A stretch of 59,183 nucleotides of DNA. Origin: a virus. Lineage: Duplodnaviria > Caudoviricetes. The DNA is taken from positions 1 through 59,183 of IMG/VR virus record IMGVR_UViG_3300049489_000417, one strand, 5' to 3'. Under the pieces are notes generated by a model, which was not told the origin of the DNA, made no database searches, and saw only the letters and a list, made by a program, of their open reading frames with translations. A program made the translations under genes and the position numbers. Below, in pieces: positions 36,161 to 45,773 of this stretch (within the stretch, counting starts at the first letter, position 1; each line of letters starts with the position of its first letter).

Positions 36161-38442
36161 TTTTTTGCTCCTTTATCGGCGGAAGCCGGTTTCGCCTTGG
36201 CCATGGCGCGGGTTTGCTGAATCTTGGCTTTGGTCATCTCATCGCCTTGCTTCAGGGCCTGTTGATGCTGGGATTGGCCCAGCTCCAAACTCTGCTGGTG
36301 CTGCTGTTCACTCTGCTCCATCTGCTGCGCAGCCTGCACCTGCTTGACCTCGCCCATCATCTGGGTCTGCTCGAGCTTCGATTCAGTTGTCGCGCGCGTT
36401 GCTTCCAGCTTCAGCTCGAGCTCCTGGCGCTTGAACTCAAGCTCCTGGCGCTTGAACTCAAGCTCCATCTCCATGCGCTCGCGCTCGATCTTGAGCTCCT
36501 CGCGCATCTTTTCCATCTCCATCTCGAGCTTGGCCATCTCAGCCTGGCCGTCGTCGCCCTCAAGCTCCTTAGAAGCCTTGACTGACTCGTGCTGGGTCTT
36601 GGCCTTCTTGAGCGCGGCATCAGCTTCCATGCGTTCGGCCTCAGCTCTGAGATTAGCCAACTCAAGCTCTGCCTGCATCTTCTGAATCTGCAGCTTGTAC
36701 TGCTCTTCCTCGCTGTTCTTCTGCTCCTGCATGGCGCGGATGATCTCGCCCTTGCGGTGCAGCTGGCTGTGTTCGATGAGGATGTCGTCGGGGATGGGCA
36801 GACCAAGCTCTTTGAGAGCCTGAGCCTGCTCGAACTGACCTTGCTCGAACGTGGCCTTGTGCGGCGTACTAAGGACGACGATGTCGTATTCACCAAGCGT
36901 GAGGTCGTTGGCGATCTCACCCTCAGGTGTAGGCTGGTTCACGCCCATCGTCTGCTGCTCGCCAGTCAGCTTGTTCTTGGTGATGCTGATAAGCCGCGGC
37001 TCTGTATAGAACCGCTGCACAAGGCTAAGCACGTTACGCGCAAGGATGTAGTCAGTGCGATTAAGCGAATCCGTAGACTTCGCGTTGTTCATCGCACCGC
37101 GCTGCTGATTCAGCGCTACTGCTTTGGCTGATACATCCTCACGAGCTTGCCCAGTCTGGTAGTCTGAAACCCCAGAGATGGTCTTGATGTGTTCTTCCGC
37201 CTTGTACGTAATGCGATCCAGTCCAGAAGGGACTTGGTTTGGCTGGATCTTTTCAGCGCTGGCCACGTCGTCCAGCTCCATGACAAGCCCGGTCTCTGCT
37301 CCACGCTGCTCTAGCTCCTCGATAGACAAGTTACGCAGTGAACCTGTCTTGATCTTCCAACCCGAATTAGCCGTAGTGTTAACAACGTGCAGTTCCTGGG
37401 ACGCAACTTTGTTAAGAAGCTCCTGAGGGCCGAGGAGGTTCTCCACGAGTCCAAGCGTCTTCCCACGACGGAAGTACGGGAAATAAGGCACGACGGTAAA
37501 ATGCTCGTACGGAGACCACTCATTGTGCAGCTCCACGTTGTCGGCGATAGTCGTCCACTTGATGCGCTTTGCCAGCTTCTCAATGACTGAAAAGCCGAAC
37601 TGCTCCGCTACCGCGGCGATCTTATTACGATCCCAGGCCTCAGGTACTTCCCGCATGTCGCCCGTATCAGGCGCGACAAAATACCGGACCTTCGCAATTT
37701 TGCGGTGCTGCCGCTCGATAACACGAATGTTCCGAAGCATGTTGCTCTGCGTAAGGTCGGCACCATAAGGGACGACTGGGTTCTGTGTTTCAGTTCCGAA
37801 TCGGTCACGGAAGCGCTCGATGCTATCGAAACCGTACTGGAACCATGACTCCGAGCGGTTTTCGAGGAGTTTCGCGTCCGCTTTAGAGTACAAGACCGCA
37901 ATATCCTCATGCGTCATCCACTTGGTGATGATTACGTCGTTCCAATGCTCCGGATCGTAGTCTTCCGCATCCGAATCAATCAAAACGTTCTTCGGATTAA
38001 TCAAGCTTATGCGTATCTCGCCCATCATGCTGTCGTCGAAGTCCAAACGAACGTCGAGGAAGCCTCTGGAAGTGATAACGCCATCCGTGAACATGTCCGA
38101 ACGCAGCCAATCGAGCTGGTTGTTGTCCGCAATTTGCCTGAAGACGAGCGAAAGCGCCTCGGCCACTTCTGAAGGAGAGCCAGTACGCGGCTGGAAGCTG
38201 ATATCCGTCCTGTTGTTGATCTGCTCGCCCAAGACGTTGCTGATCGTACTCAAAATCTTGTTGATGGTGAGCGCAGGACGTCGCTGTGACTTCAGCTTCG
38301 CCAGGTCAATCGGACTCCACTGCTGACCTTGGAAGAACTTGTCACACTGATCCGCCTTTTCCACAAACAAGTTGTGGCCGTTATCACGGAGGTACTGGTA
38401 GCGGTTCCAGACCTCCGTCGACAGATCAATATTGACCGGCAT
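36157..38442 (-). CDS. portal protein (N4/P22-like) with long C-terminal coiled-coil barrel
   Basis: FFQGQQW...RRPALTINKI, VPYFPYFRRG, NDLTLGEYDIV motifs. Confidence 0.93.
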   Translation of the reverse strand: MPVNIDLSTEVWNRYQYLRDNGHNLFVEKADQCDKFFQGQQWSPIDLAKLKSQRRPALTINKILSTISNVLGEQINNRTDISFQPRTGSPSEVAEALSLVFRQIADNNQLDWLRSDMFTDGVITSRGFLDVRLDFDDSMMGEIRISLINPKNVLIDSDAEDYDPEHWNDVIITKWMTHEDIAVLYSKADAKLLENRSESWFQYGFDSIERFRDRFGTETQNPVVPYGADLTQSNMLRNIRVIERQHRKIAKVRYFVAPDTGDMREVPEAWDRNKIAAVAEQFGFSVIEKLAKRIKWTTIADNVELHNEWSPYEHFTVVPYFPYFRRGKTLGLVENLLGPQELLNKVASQELHVVNTTANSGWKIKTGSLRNLSIEELEQRGAETGLVMELDDVASAEKIQPNQVPSGLDRITYKAEEHIKTISGVSDYQTGQAREDVSAKAVALNQQRGAMNNAKSTDSLNRTDYILARNVLSLVQRFYTEPRLISITKNKLTGEQQTMGVNQPTPEGEIANDLTLGEYDIVVLSTPHKATFEQGQFEQAQALKELGLPIPDDILIEHSQLHRKGEIIRAMQEQKNSEEEQYKLQIQKMQAELELANLRAEAERMEADAALKKAKTQHESVKASKELEGDDGQAEMAKLEMEMEKMREELKIERERMEMELEFKRQELEFKRQELELKLEATRATTESKLEQTQMMGEVKQVQAAQQMEQSEQQHQQSLELGQSQHQQALKQGDEMTKAKIQQTRAMAKAKPASADKGAKK

Positions 38443-38445
38443 GGC

Positions 38446-38805
38446 TTAGCACATCCCCCGCACGCCCTTGCCCTTCGGGGTCTTACCAACGATCCCGCCC
38501 TTGTTGTACAGCTGTACATAATTCGGGTCCCGCTTCTCTTTGCGGGCGGTAAGCGCCTCCTCCTCGTTGGCCCGACTGGCGGCGGCGTTACGCGCCGGGG
38601 CCAGCAACAGGTCACGTGCATCTGCGTTCGACGCGTCGAACGCGCCCTTCGACGGAGCGGCCACTGCCGCCGCTGGTGCGGCCGGCAGCGCATTGGGGGA
38701 GTTGTTGTACTTGTCCGGGTCTATGAAGCCGGGGCGCTTGGACGGGTCAAGCGGGAGAATCCCACCGTACTGCAGATGAAGGGCCTTCTTCTTGAGTGAC
38801 TTCAT
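38446..38805 (-). CDS. small basic hypothetical protein
   Basis: GGAG RBS; xxGGxV motifs; between terminase and portal. Confidence 0.65.
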   Translation of the reverse strand: MKSLKKKALHLQYGGILPLDPSKRPGFIDPDKYNNSPNALPAAPAAAVAAPSKGAFDASNADARDLLLAPARNAAASRANEEEALTARKEKRDPNYVQLYNKGGIVGKTPKGKGVRGMC

Positions 38806-38816
38806 GGTGTATCTCC

Positions 38817-40478
38817 TTATGCTGACATGTGTCCGCCGCCGCGGGTGTCGTTGCTTATGAACTTGCTCAGATTATCCTTCCAGGACTTAACCCCCGGCTG
38901 CTTAGGCTGTGGACGCGGCTTCTTGTCGACACACAGGTTCACTGCCCAGGCTAACGCATCAACTATATCATCATGTACCCCAGCGGGGAAGCGCAACATC
39001 TCGTTTACCGCCGTCTCGGCGAAGCTAGCCCCCTGAGGGAACCAAAACTTACCATGCTGCAACTTCCCTTGGAAGCTAGCAGCGCGCGCTAGCTTGTCAG
39101 TGAGGGGCCGAAGCTCTTCGTACGACGGATAAAAGTCCGCTTGCTGGAAGGCGTCGAGCACATAAGGACGTATCGCCTTCCATATGTGCGTATCTTCAAA
39201 ACCGACGAGCAGTGGGCAAGACTTTGTGGTACCCCACTTCTGTGCAAAGTCGATGATCGCCGACGTGATCGTATGCGAGTCTCCGCGGATCCGAACCATG
39301 TCCACGAAATGCAGATTATTCGCCGCATCCTGTACGAGGGTAACCCCGACTGTCCAGTCATTATGCGCTTTCTCCCCAATCGCAAAGTCCCACGCCTGAT
39401 ATACGTTGACGTTCTGCATCGCCGGTGGCTGCGGCTCCCACTTGATCCACTCCTTCTGAAAGAACATCCCCTCGTCAGGAACTGGGTTCTGCTGGTACAA
39501 GGCGCTCCACACACGTGGTGTCTGGTTCGCCTTGATAGACGTCATCATCTGCGCGTTGTAGCGCTCCGGATGGAGGGGGTCACCTGGAATCCGTACGAGG
39601 CGATGCTCTTCCGGCTTCTCCAGACAGTTGACGCCGGAAGACAGTAGTGTCTGACGAGGCCAGTAGTCAATACTACTTCTCTCTTCAGCGACTTCATCGC
39701 TGGTAAGGCGGACCAGACGATTCGTCGGCTCATGGATGAACTCGTACGTCTCTGCTATGGCTGGGTAAATAACAACTTCGAACTGATCGGCGGCTTCGTC
39801 CGAGTGCATCGCGGACAAAATCCTCCCACCCAGGTCGTCGTCGTGCCATCTTGTCTGTATCAAAAGTACCCCACCGCCTGGTGCCAGGCGCGTATATGCA
39901 GTTGACCAGTACCATTCCCACACCCCATCTCGTGTTATGGCGCTGTCAGCCTCTTCCTGGTTCTTGACGGGGTCGTCAATGATCAAGATGTGCGCGCCCT
40001 TGCCCGTAATACCACCCCCAACACCGGCGGCTGTGAAGCCGCCACCGTGCAAGGTGTTCCAAGCTTCTGCTGACTGACTGTCTGGATCCAGTTTCGTCTC
40101 TGGATAGAGCGGGCCATACCCCGGGTCTCGCACGATCTCGCGCACTTTGCGCGAAAACTTCATCGGGAGGTCGAGGTTGTATCCGCAATTGATGATTTCG
40201 TGATCAGGGTAATGACCGAGGTGCCACGCGGGGAACCGGATCGAGGCCAACTCACTCTTTCCGTGTCGGGGAGGCATGAAGATCGCAAGCCTGGGAGACT
40301 TCTTCGCAACCACGTCTCGAGAAAACTGCTCGAGTCGCTTGGCGATGTCGTTATGAATCCAACCGGCTTCATATTTTGGGTAAAAACGCTTCGTAAAGGC
40401 TATCAAAGACCGGCGAGCAAGGGCTCTTGCTGCAAATTCCGCCTTTACTGGCTGGGGAAGAGTGTTGAAATCGGTCAT
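38817..40478 (-). CDS. terL: terminase large subunit
   Basis: MPPRHGKS Walker A, ITGKGA, IIDDP Walker B, QTRWHDDD, LYQQNP, AWDFA, HDDIVDA nuclease motifs. Confidence 0.97.
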   Translation of the reverse strand: MTDFNTLPQPVKAEFAARALARRSLIAFTKRFYPKYEAGWIHNDIAKRLEQFSRDVVAKKSPRLAIFMPPRHGKSELASIRFPAWHLGHYPDHEIINCGYNLDLPMKFSRKVREIVRDPGYGPLYPETKLDPDSQSAEAWNTLHGGGFTAAGVGGGITGKGAHILIIDDPVKNQEEADSAITRDGVWEWYWSTAYTRLAPGGGVLLIQTRWHDDDLGGRILSAMHSDEAADQFEVVIYPAIAETYEFIHEPTNRLVRLTSDEVAEERSSIDYWPRQTLLSSGVNCLEKPEEHRLVRIPGDPLHPERYNAQMMTSIKANQTPRVWSALYQQNPVPDEGMFFQKEWIKWEPQPPAMQNVNVYQAWDFAIGEKAHNDWTVGVTLVQDAANNLHFVDMVRIRGDSHTITSAIIDFAQKWGTTKSCPLLVGFEDTHIWKAIRPYVLDAFQQADFYPSYEELRPLTDKLARAASFQGKLQHGKFWFPQGASFAETAVNEMLRFPAGVHDDIVDALAWAVNLCVDKKPRPQPKQPGVKSWKDNLSKFISNDTRGGGHMSA

Positions 40479-41065
40479 TTACCGAGGTCTTCAATCACAT
40501 GTGCACGAAGTTCGTCACTATTACTGTTGTTTTTCAGTGTTTCGCGTACTTCTAGCACCTCGCCTTCGATCTCTTTGGCGTTATCGGCGGCGATTTTCAG
40601 CAATTCTTCGTCACTTAGGGTCTCAAACTGGCTCATTAGCCGCTTGTGAGTGACGTCCATCTGGATTTTCTTCACTTCAGGCGCGTAATACCCACACATA
40701 CGCCCGACTTCGCGCCACCCTTGGATCATAACCTCTGGGTCTGCTTGTATTTTGGCCATCTCGATGGCTTCCATCATGCCGTCGAGGACGATTTCACGGT
40801 TCAGTTTCAAGTGTTTCTCCGCGTGAACGAAGCGTTCTGTAATTGCCTGCTTCACAACCGGCGCTGAAAACAGCCCCCTGGCTCCCGCCGGGCACTTATA
40901 CCCCGCGTACTCTAGCGCAGCGGTTTGCGTCATCCCCAAGTCTACAACGCCTTTGACCGCAAGCTTCTGCTTTTCGGTCAGCTGCGCTTCTGCCTGCATC
41001 AAGGCTGAGTGGGGGCGGATGTGTTTGCGTCCTTTTCCGGACGCGAATCTCTGTTTGGAAGCCAT
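40475..41065 (-). CDS. terS: terminase small subunit
   Basis: LTEKQ...QTAALEYAGY HTH, GRMCGYYAPE, LSDEEL; overlaps terL start. Confidence 0.85.
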   Translation of the reverse strand: MASKQRFASGKGRKHIRPHSALMQAEAQLTEKQKLAVKGVVDLGMTQTAALEYAGYKCPAGARGLFSAPVVKQAITERFVHAEKHLKLNREIVLDGMMEAIEMAKIQADPEVMIQGWREVGRMCGYYAPEVKKIQMDVTHKRLMSQFETLSDEELLKIAADNAKEIEGEVLEVRETLKNNSNSDELRAHVIEDLGK

Positions 41066-41090
41066 ATGAGCACTATACCAAAAAAATTCT

Positions 41091-41182
41091 AAAATTTTTA
41101 GAAAAGTTGGTGAATGAGGGTGTGAAGGCTACACCAAAAAATCCCGAAAATTTTTAGAAAAGTTGGTGAATGAGGGTGTGAA
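41091..41182. repeat. 36-bp direct repeat x2 (41091-41126, 41147-41182) at the late/early divergence
   Basis: AAAATTTTTAGAAAAGTTGGTGAATGAGGGTGTGAA twice, 56-bp period. Confidence 0.95.
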
Positions 41183-41274
41183 CTCCTCTATCCCCTTGTC
41201 TCTTTGACGAGGGGATACTTCGGATGCGACTTGGCATAGGGCCAAAAAGCATTCTTTTTTATTAGGAGAGCACC

Positions 41275-41502
41275 ATGACCACAGCAAGCAATATCCTCAA
41301 GCATCTCAACTCCAGCAACGCCGCACAGACCACCGAGCCCAAGGCTAGCTGGTCCATGAGGTTTCATGCCGCTTGTATCCAGAGCGCCAAGGACAGTGCC
41401 GCTTTTAAGCGTGCTGTTGTCGCCTCGGCGAAGTACGGTTCTAGCGATGAAGGCGTTGCAGACTACCTTAGCCGCCTTACGGCTGCTGGTCTTCTGAAGT
41501 AA
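41275..41502 (+). CDS. early hypothetical protein
   Basis: AGGAGA RBS, 75 aa. Confidence 0.75.
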   Translation: MTTASNILKHLNSSNAAQTTEPKASWSMRFHAACIQSAKDSAAFKRAVVASAKYGSSDEGVADYLSRLTAAGLLK

Positions 41503-41568
41503 CAATACTTATACGGGAGCTTAGGCTCCCGTATTCTCGTTGCACACTTCCGTGCTAAGGAGAGAATC

Positions 41569-41661
41569 ATGCAAGTAACTTACATAACGTTGGACGACGC
41601 TATTGCGTCGCTGAGCGTTAGCGAACTGGAAGCTGCTATAGCTGCGTGGTTGTGCAGCTAA
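41569..41661 (+). CDS. 30-aa early peptide
   Basis: TAAGGAGAG RBS; MQVTYITLDDAIASLSVSELEAAIAAWLCS. Confidence 0.55.
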   Translation: MQVTYITLDDAIASLSVSELEAAIAAWLCS

Positions 41662-41756
41662 GCTTCTAGCTGATCGCATACGTGAGCTTCGGCTCACATA
41701 TGCATATTGCACGCTTGGGTATCAGGCGCGTACCCATCATCTTTAAGGAGAGTAAC

Positions 41757-41951
41757 GTGAAACTCGTGTTGTTTATGACCGTTGTGTTGGTTGCGGTACT
41801 GTACACCGCGGCTCATGTTGGCGTCGCTATTTATGCTGGCGAGGCCGCAGGTTGGATTCCGCCATTTACATTGTTTGCAAGTGGCGGGATTGCTGCGTTT
41901 TTAATCTTAGCCATTATTGGCTGTATGGATGCGCTGGATAAACGTGGTTAA
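41757..41951 (+). CDS. early two-TM membrane protein
   Basis: TAAGGAGAG RBS before GTG; hydrophobic. Confidence 0.7.
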   Translation: MKLVLFMTVVLVAVLYTAAHVGVAIYAGEAAGWIPPFTLFASGGIAAFLILAIIGCMDALDKRG

Positions 41952-42045
41952 GTTCGGGGGCCTCGGCCCCCTTACTTATGTTGCACACTTAGTTCAGCAT
42001 GGAGCTGTTCTGAGGTTGTGTATCGCCATTTCCATGGAGGATATT

Positions 42046-42885
42046 ATGGCAAACAAGTCGTTTGAGCAGTACAAGGCAGAAGTTCAGGCTCAGCAAAGCA
42101 TGAGTCAGGCTACTCCTACGGAGTCCGACTACTTGGTCGGTCACATTTGTGGCACGAAGAACAATCGTTCGTTCTTTCGTATCGTGCCCGTGATCTCTTA
42201 CCATGCCGTGGCTTTGGCCGCAGCTGGTGACAAGGACGCTTCGGGTGGGCTCATTGAGTGGTTGTCGGCGTCGGCATCGCAGTTGCCGAATACTGACGGC
42301 CACACGAATGTGGGTCTTGAAACCCTTCTCGCACAGTATTTCGGTGCGCGTTCTGGTTTCAGCCGTAACATGGCTCAGCTGGCATTGCGGGCCAAGAGCG
42401 ATAAGGCCCCTGGGGCTTTGTTTGCGAACGGCCGTCCTGTGGCCATCGACCCGGAAAAGGTCGTGGGCTTCGCTGATGAAGTTGCTCGTCAGATTCTGAT
42501 GAAGGGTCAGAAAGAGCGGCGCGCTCCGTTGGATCTGCTTCCGTTGAATTTCGACGCGAAGCTGCTCAACAGCGCTCTTATTGGCCAAGTCAAGCGGACG
42601 ACGGACAATGCGTTTCGTTGTATGCCCATTCTGATGGAGACCGAGATTCCGGTTCTTCAGCGGATGGTTGCGACGTCTGCTGGTGCTGATATTTTCTCGC
42701 GGATGAAGGATTTCGCGAAGCGCCTGAACTTTGTCACTCCTGGTTCGTATAACCAGGCTGTCATTCTGGCTGCTGCATCTGCTGCCGGGTATGACAAGGA
42801 CGGTCTTCTTCTGATGGCCGCTGAGCAGCAGAAAGAGAGCGCTGTTCTTGGTACTGGCGAGCTTGCTGGTTCTGTCGTTCTGTAA
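42046..42885 (+). CDS. early hypothetical protein
   Basis: GGAGG RBS before MANKSFEQ; 279 aa. Confidence 0.85.
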   Translation: MANKSFEQYKAEVQAQQSMSQATPTESDYLVGHICGTKNNRSFFRIVPVISYHAVALAAAGDKDASGGLIEWLSASASQLPNTDGHTNVGLETLLAQYFGARSGFSRNMAQLALRAKSDKAPGALFANGRPVAIDPEKVVGFADEVARQILMKGQKERRAPLDLLPLNFDAKLLNSALIGQVKRTTDNAFRCMPILMETEIPVLQRMVATSAGADIFSRMKDFAKRLNFVTPGSYNQAVILAAASAAGYDKDGLLLMAAEQQKESAVLGTGELAGSVVL

Positions 42886-42954
42886 TACGTAGGTGGGTAA
42901 GGGAGCTTAGGCTCCCTTACTTGTATTGCCCATTTCGGGCATAAGGAGAGTGAA

Positions 42955-43341
42955 ATGAATATTGGATCGGCGCTGTTTCAACTCGCGGCTACTATTAGCA
43001 GCGAAACTGAGGATCATGAAGCTGCTGGTGATCTGTTTCGTCTTGCTGATAAGTACGCTAAATCAAATATTGATGCGTGGATGGTCCATCAAGGTACACA
43101 TAATCATCTTATGAGTGAGTACCAGTATGTTTCGGGTCAACTCGGCGTGTACCAAGCTGAATCGAGCCGTCGCGCGTTTGAGATGCGCAACATGAATGGG
43201 TGGATTCGTAAGCTTTCGTACGCTTATGTTGCCGCGCAAGAGCGTATTGAGCATCTCCTGGTTAGTTACGGCTACACGAATTACGAAGCTCCGAAATCGG
43301 AGACTTTGGAGTTCGCGCGGCAGATAAATACTCAGGTGTAA
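42955..43341 (+). CDS. early hypothetical protein
   Basis: TAAGGAGAG RBS; 128 aa. Confidence 0.8.
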   Translation: MNIGSALFQLAATISSETEDHEAAGDLFRLADKYAKSNIDAWMVHQGTHNHLMSEYQYVSGQLGVYQAESSRRAFEMRNMNGWIRKLSYAYVAAQERIEHLLVSYGYTNYEAPKSETLEFARQINTQV

Positions 43342-43517
43342 GGTTGCGGGGTTAGGGGGCTTTGGCCCCCTTTCCCGTGCTGCACAATTGGGTTAAACCA
43401 TTAGTGCTCCGCCATACCCTCACGCACCATTTCGCGGCTGCGCCGCGGAGTGGTGTGGGGGTTGGGTTTCCCCTACTTGCGCAATGTTGCGCACAACACC
43501 TGTAAAGGAGATACATC

Positions 43518-44225
43518 ATGAGCGAAGTTAGCAGTACTACCTTCGATACCAGCAATCGCATCAGCGTTTGCAACACGTTTGGTTTCATCCCTAAGGATGG
43601 CCCGGTCTTCAAGGTTAGCGATGGTCGTGATTATATCGCTACCAAGGAGTTCAAATTCCAGATCGCCAAGATGGCGGTGCGCAGCGCGGTTCGCCGTGCT
43701 CGGTACTTGTGCGAACAGCCGCTGGAAGCCGCCGATTTGGCACAGTGCTTCAGTGGTGCGGGCTCTACGGAGACCGGTATCGAGCTCGACTGGGGTTCCA
43801 TGAACTTCGACGAAGTCAAGCGCGCTGTGCAGGGTATCCCGCGCTCAGTCGCAGAAGCCCTGTGGAAGGCCCCGACCAAGGGCATCAAGCATGGAATCAA
43901 TCGCGCGCTGGAACGCGAAGCGAATGCAATGCTGCTCTCGGCTGAAGTCCCGAGCATCGATTGGGGTGCATTGGTCGAAGCTCGCCAGCAACAAGGCGAT
44001 GAAGACCTCCTCAAGGAAATCGAGGAAACCCCGGAATCGGTCTTCGAGATCTTCCCCGTTTCGGGTATCGAGGGATCTTGGGATTACATTCCCGGGCGTA
44101 CGAAGGCTGTGGCCTTTGAAGCGGTTGTTCGGTTCGAAACCAACGACCACCTGGCTCCCACGGAGCAAACCAACGCAATCTTGGAGAGGATCGCAAATGA
44201 AGAGAATTTCGGTACTGTCCTTTGA
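43518..44225 (+). CDS. early hypothetical protein
   Basis: AAGGAG RBS; 235 aa. Confidence 0.85.
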   Translation: MSEVSSTTFDTSNRISVCNTFGFIPKDGPVFKVSDGRDYIATKEFKFQIAKMAVRSAVRRARYLCEQPLEAADLAQCFSGAGSTETGIELDWGSMNFDEVKRAVQGIPRSVAEALWKAPTKGIKHGINRALEREANAMLLSAEVPSIDWGALVEARQQQGDEDLLKEIEETPESVFEIFPVSGIEGSWDYIPGRTKAVAFEAVVRFETNDHLAPTEQTNAILERIANEENFGTVL

Positions 44226-44466
44226 ATTGGACACCCGGATGGCATTCACGGCCCTGGAACAGCTGATTCCGGGGATCGAGGACGCCACATCCGATAACGA
44301 CCTGATCGTACTACTCGAAGGTCGTGGATTCACCGACTTCGACGCACTCCGCGCGTACATCTGCGGAGAAGTCGAGAAGAACGGTGGGGACCCGGAGTGC
44401 ATCTGCGCTCCGGATATCGAAGAAATCGTGGAGGAATACGACGATGACCTCAATTCAATTGGCTGA
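44197..44466 (+). CDS. acidic small protein
   Basis: GGAGAGG RBS before MKRISVL; very D/E-rich. Confidence 0.7.
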   Translation: MKRISVLSFELDTRMAFTALEQLIPGIEDATSDNDLIVLLEGRGFTDFDALRAYICGEVEKNGGDPECICAPDIEEIVEEYDDDLNSIG

Positions 44467-44620
44467 TCTGCCAAAGATCGACCGTCTGCGGTATCAACTC
44501 AACGATCTGACGTTGAGTTCGCATGTTACCAACAAGACCCTGGATGAAATTCGCCGTATCCAGGCCCAGATCAGCGAACTTGAAGACTTGGAAAGCGAAT
44601 CGGCCTCTCTCCCCGAGTAG
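44444..44620 (+). CDS. small helical protein
   Basis: GGAGG RBS before MTSIQLADL. Confidence 0.65.
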   Translation: MTSIQLADLPKIDRLRYQLNDLTLSSHVTNKTLDEIRRIQAQISELEDLESESASLPE

Positions 44621-44632
44621 CAATCCACGCTA

Positions 44633-44660
44633 GCATGCGGCGTCACGCATGCAGTTTTTT
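44633..44660 (+). terminator. rho-independent terminator
   Basis: GCATGCG/CGCATGC stem then T6. Confidence 0.75.
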
Positions 44661-44683
44661 ACAACTCATGAAGGAGAATCACC

Positions 44684-44902
44684 ATGAGCAACGCACAAAC
44701 TACCGGCATCAAAGTCGGTCTCGCAATCCGTGATGGCGCGGCCGGTGTCGGTAACGGTCTCAAATCCGCCAAGAACTTCGTGTGCGGTATCGCCGCGGGG
44801 ATCCGCGGACCGAACACGGCCGTGCAGAGCGCAGCCGATGGACACAAGACCGAGGCGGTTGACCCGCGTATCGCGGCGATCCTCAGTCGCCATGGTTCTT
44901 GA
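44684..44902 (+). CDS. hypothetical protein
   Basis: AAGGAG RBS; 72 aa. Confidence 0.7.
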   Translation: MSNAQTTGIKVGLAIRDGAAGVGNGLKSAKNFVCGIAAGIRGPNTAVQSAADGHKTEAVDPRIAAILSRHGS

Positions 44903-45152
44903 ACTGCTGGCACTAGGCGCGGTATCCGCACTTGGGTTGTTCATCCTATTCATGCGGCTACCCCGCTTTATCTCGGTGCCCCTGCTTCATATGCCGTTTG
45001 TACTCGATTTCGGGTTCACGGCACTCATGATGTGGATGCACTGGGGTACGTTCGGCGGGATCATGGTAGCCACGTTCGCCGGGCTCTGTGGGTCCGCCGG
45101 TATTTCGCTCGCAAGAGCTGTTGTCCTCAAACCATGGAGTAAAGCCTCATGA
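44892..45152 (+). CDS. three-TM membrane protein
   Basis: Start MVLELLALG; MHWGTFGGIMVATFAGL. Confidence 0.75.
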   Translation: MVLELLALGAVSALGLFILFMRLPRFISVPLLHMPFVLDFGFTALMMWMHWGTFGGIMVATFAGLCGSAGISLARAVVLKPWSKAS

Positions 45153-45445
45153 AACACATCGTTAACATCTTTTTCAACCACACCGGTGAAATCCAACTCA
45201 CCAAAAACGACAACCGAGTGTTCTACAAACTCGGTACCCGGGTCAAAATCGGCAACAACGTGGTCCAGATCACACTGGACGATCAAAGCAACCCGATTGC
45301 AACCGTGGACGGCAAGCCGGGAGTTCTTGAGCCGATCTCGGACAACGAACACGGGTTCGGTTTCCGTTTGGACATCCCCGTTGAACCGGTCATGTCCATG
45401 ACCGAATGGGCTGCGAAGTTTGCACCGGGCAAGAAAGCAGCATAA
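45149..45445 (+). CDS. hypothetical protein
   Basis: ATGA coupling; 98 aa. Confidence 0.75.
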   Translation: MKHIVNIFFNHTGEIQLTKNDNRVFYKLGTRVKIGNNVVQITLDDQSNPIATVDGKPGVLEPISDNEHGFGFRLDIPVEPVMSMTEWAAKFAPGKKAA

Positions 45446-45773
45446 GGGTGACTCCCTGAGCGTACGGCGAACAGTCAGGCATACCGGAAGCTGAGTAATT
45501 TACCGGTGTAGGTACGCGTAGTGGGACGCCGCTGGGGCACACGCGAACGCCGAAAATCACGCCAGCTCCGGACGCGGTAACCGGAACACCAACCTAACGC
45601 AGTTCTATACGCGCTACACCTGACAGGCGCACGTAACACAACAGGTAGAAAGAGAACGTATCGCCGATGTTTAGATTCGAGCTTATATGACAGATGCGCT
45701 CGCCAATAACTGTCCCTCGACACCAGCTCCTAGGTAAGCCGGCAGAGGATTAAGCGCTATACCGGAGGTCGGC

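Larger units (their letters stand above)
41511..43371 (+). promoter_or_regulatory. five intergenic hairpins with C(YTNG)G loops followed by TTGCAC-like motif
   Basis: Hairpins at 41511-41534, 41676-41703, 41956-41971, 42897-42920, 43354-43371. Confidence 0.6.

Noticed and set aside
3374-40867. Numerous + strand ORFs across the structural operon (e.g. 9859-10974, 12040-12978, 33249-34379)
   Set aside because: Antisense shadows of GC-biased - strand genes, with no RBS or recognisable motifs
41091-41182. 36-bp repeat pair as a mini CRISPR array
   Set aside because: Only two copies, a 20-bp gap that partly repeats the upstream flank (tandem duplication), no palindrome and no cas genes
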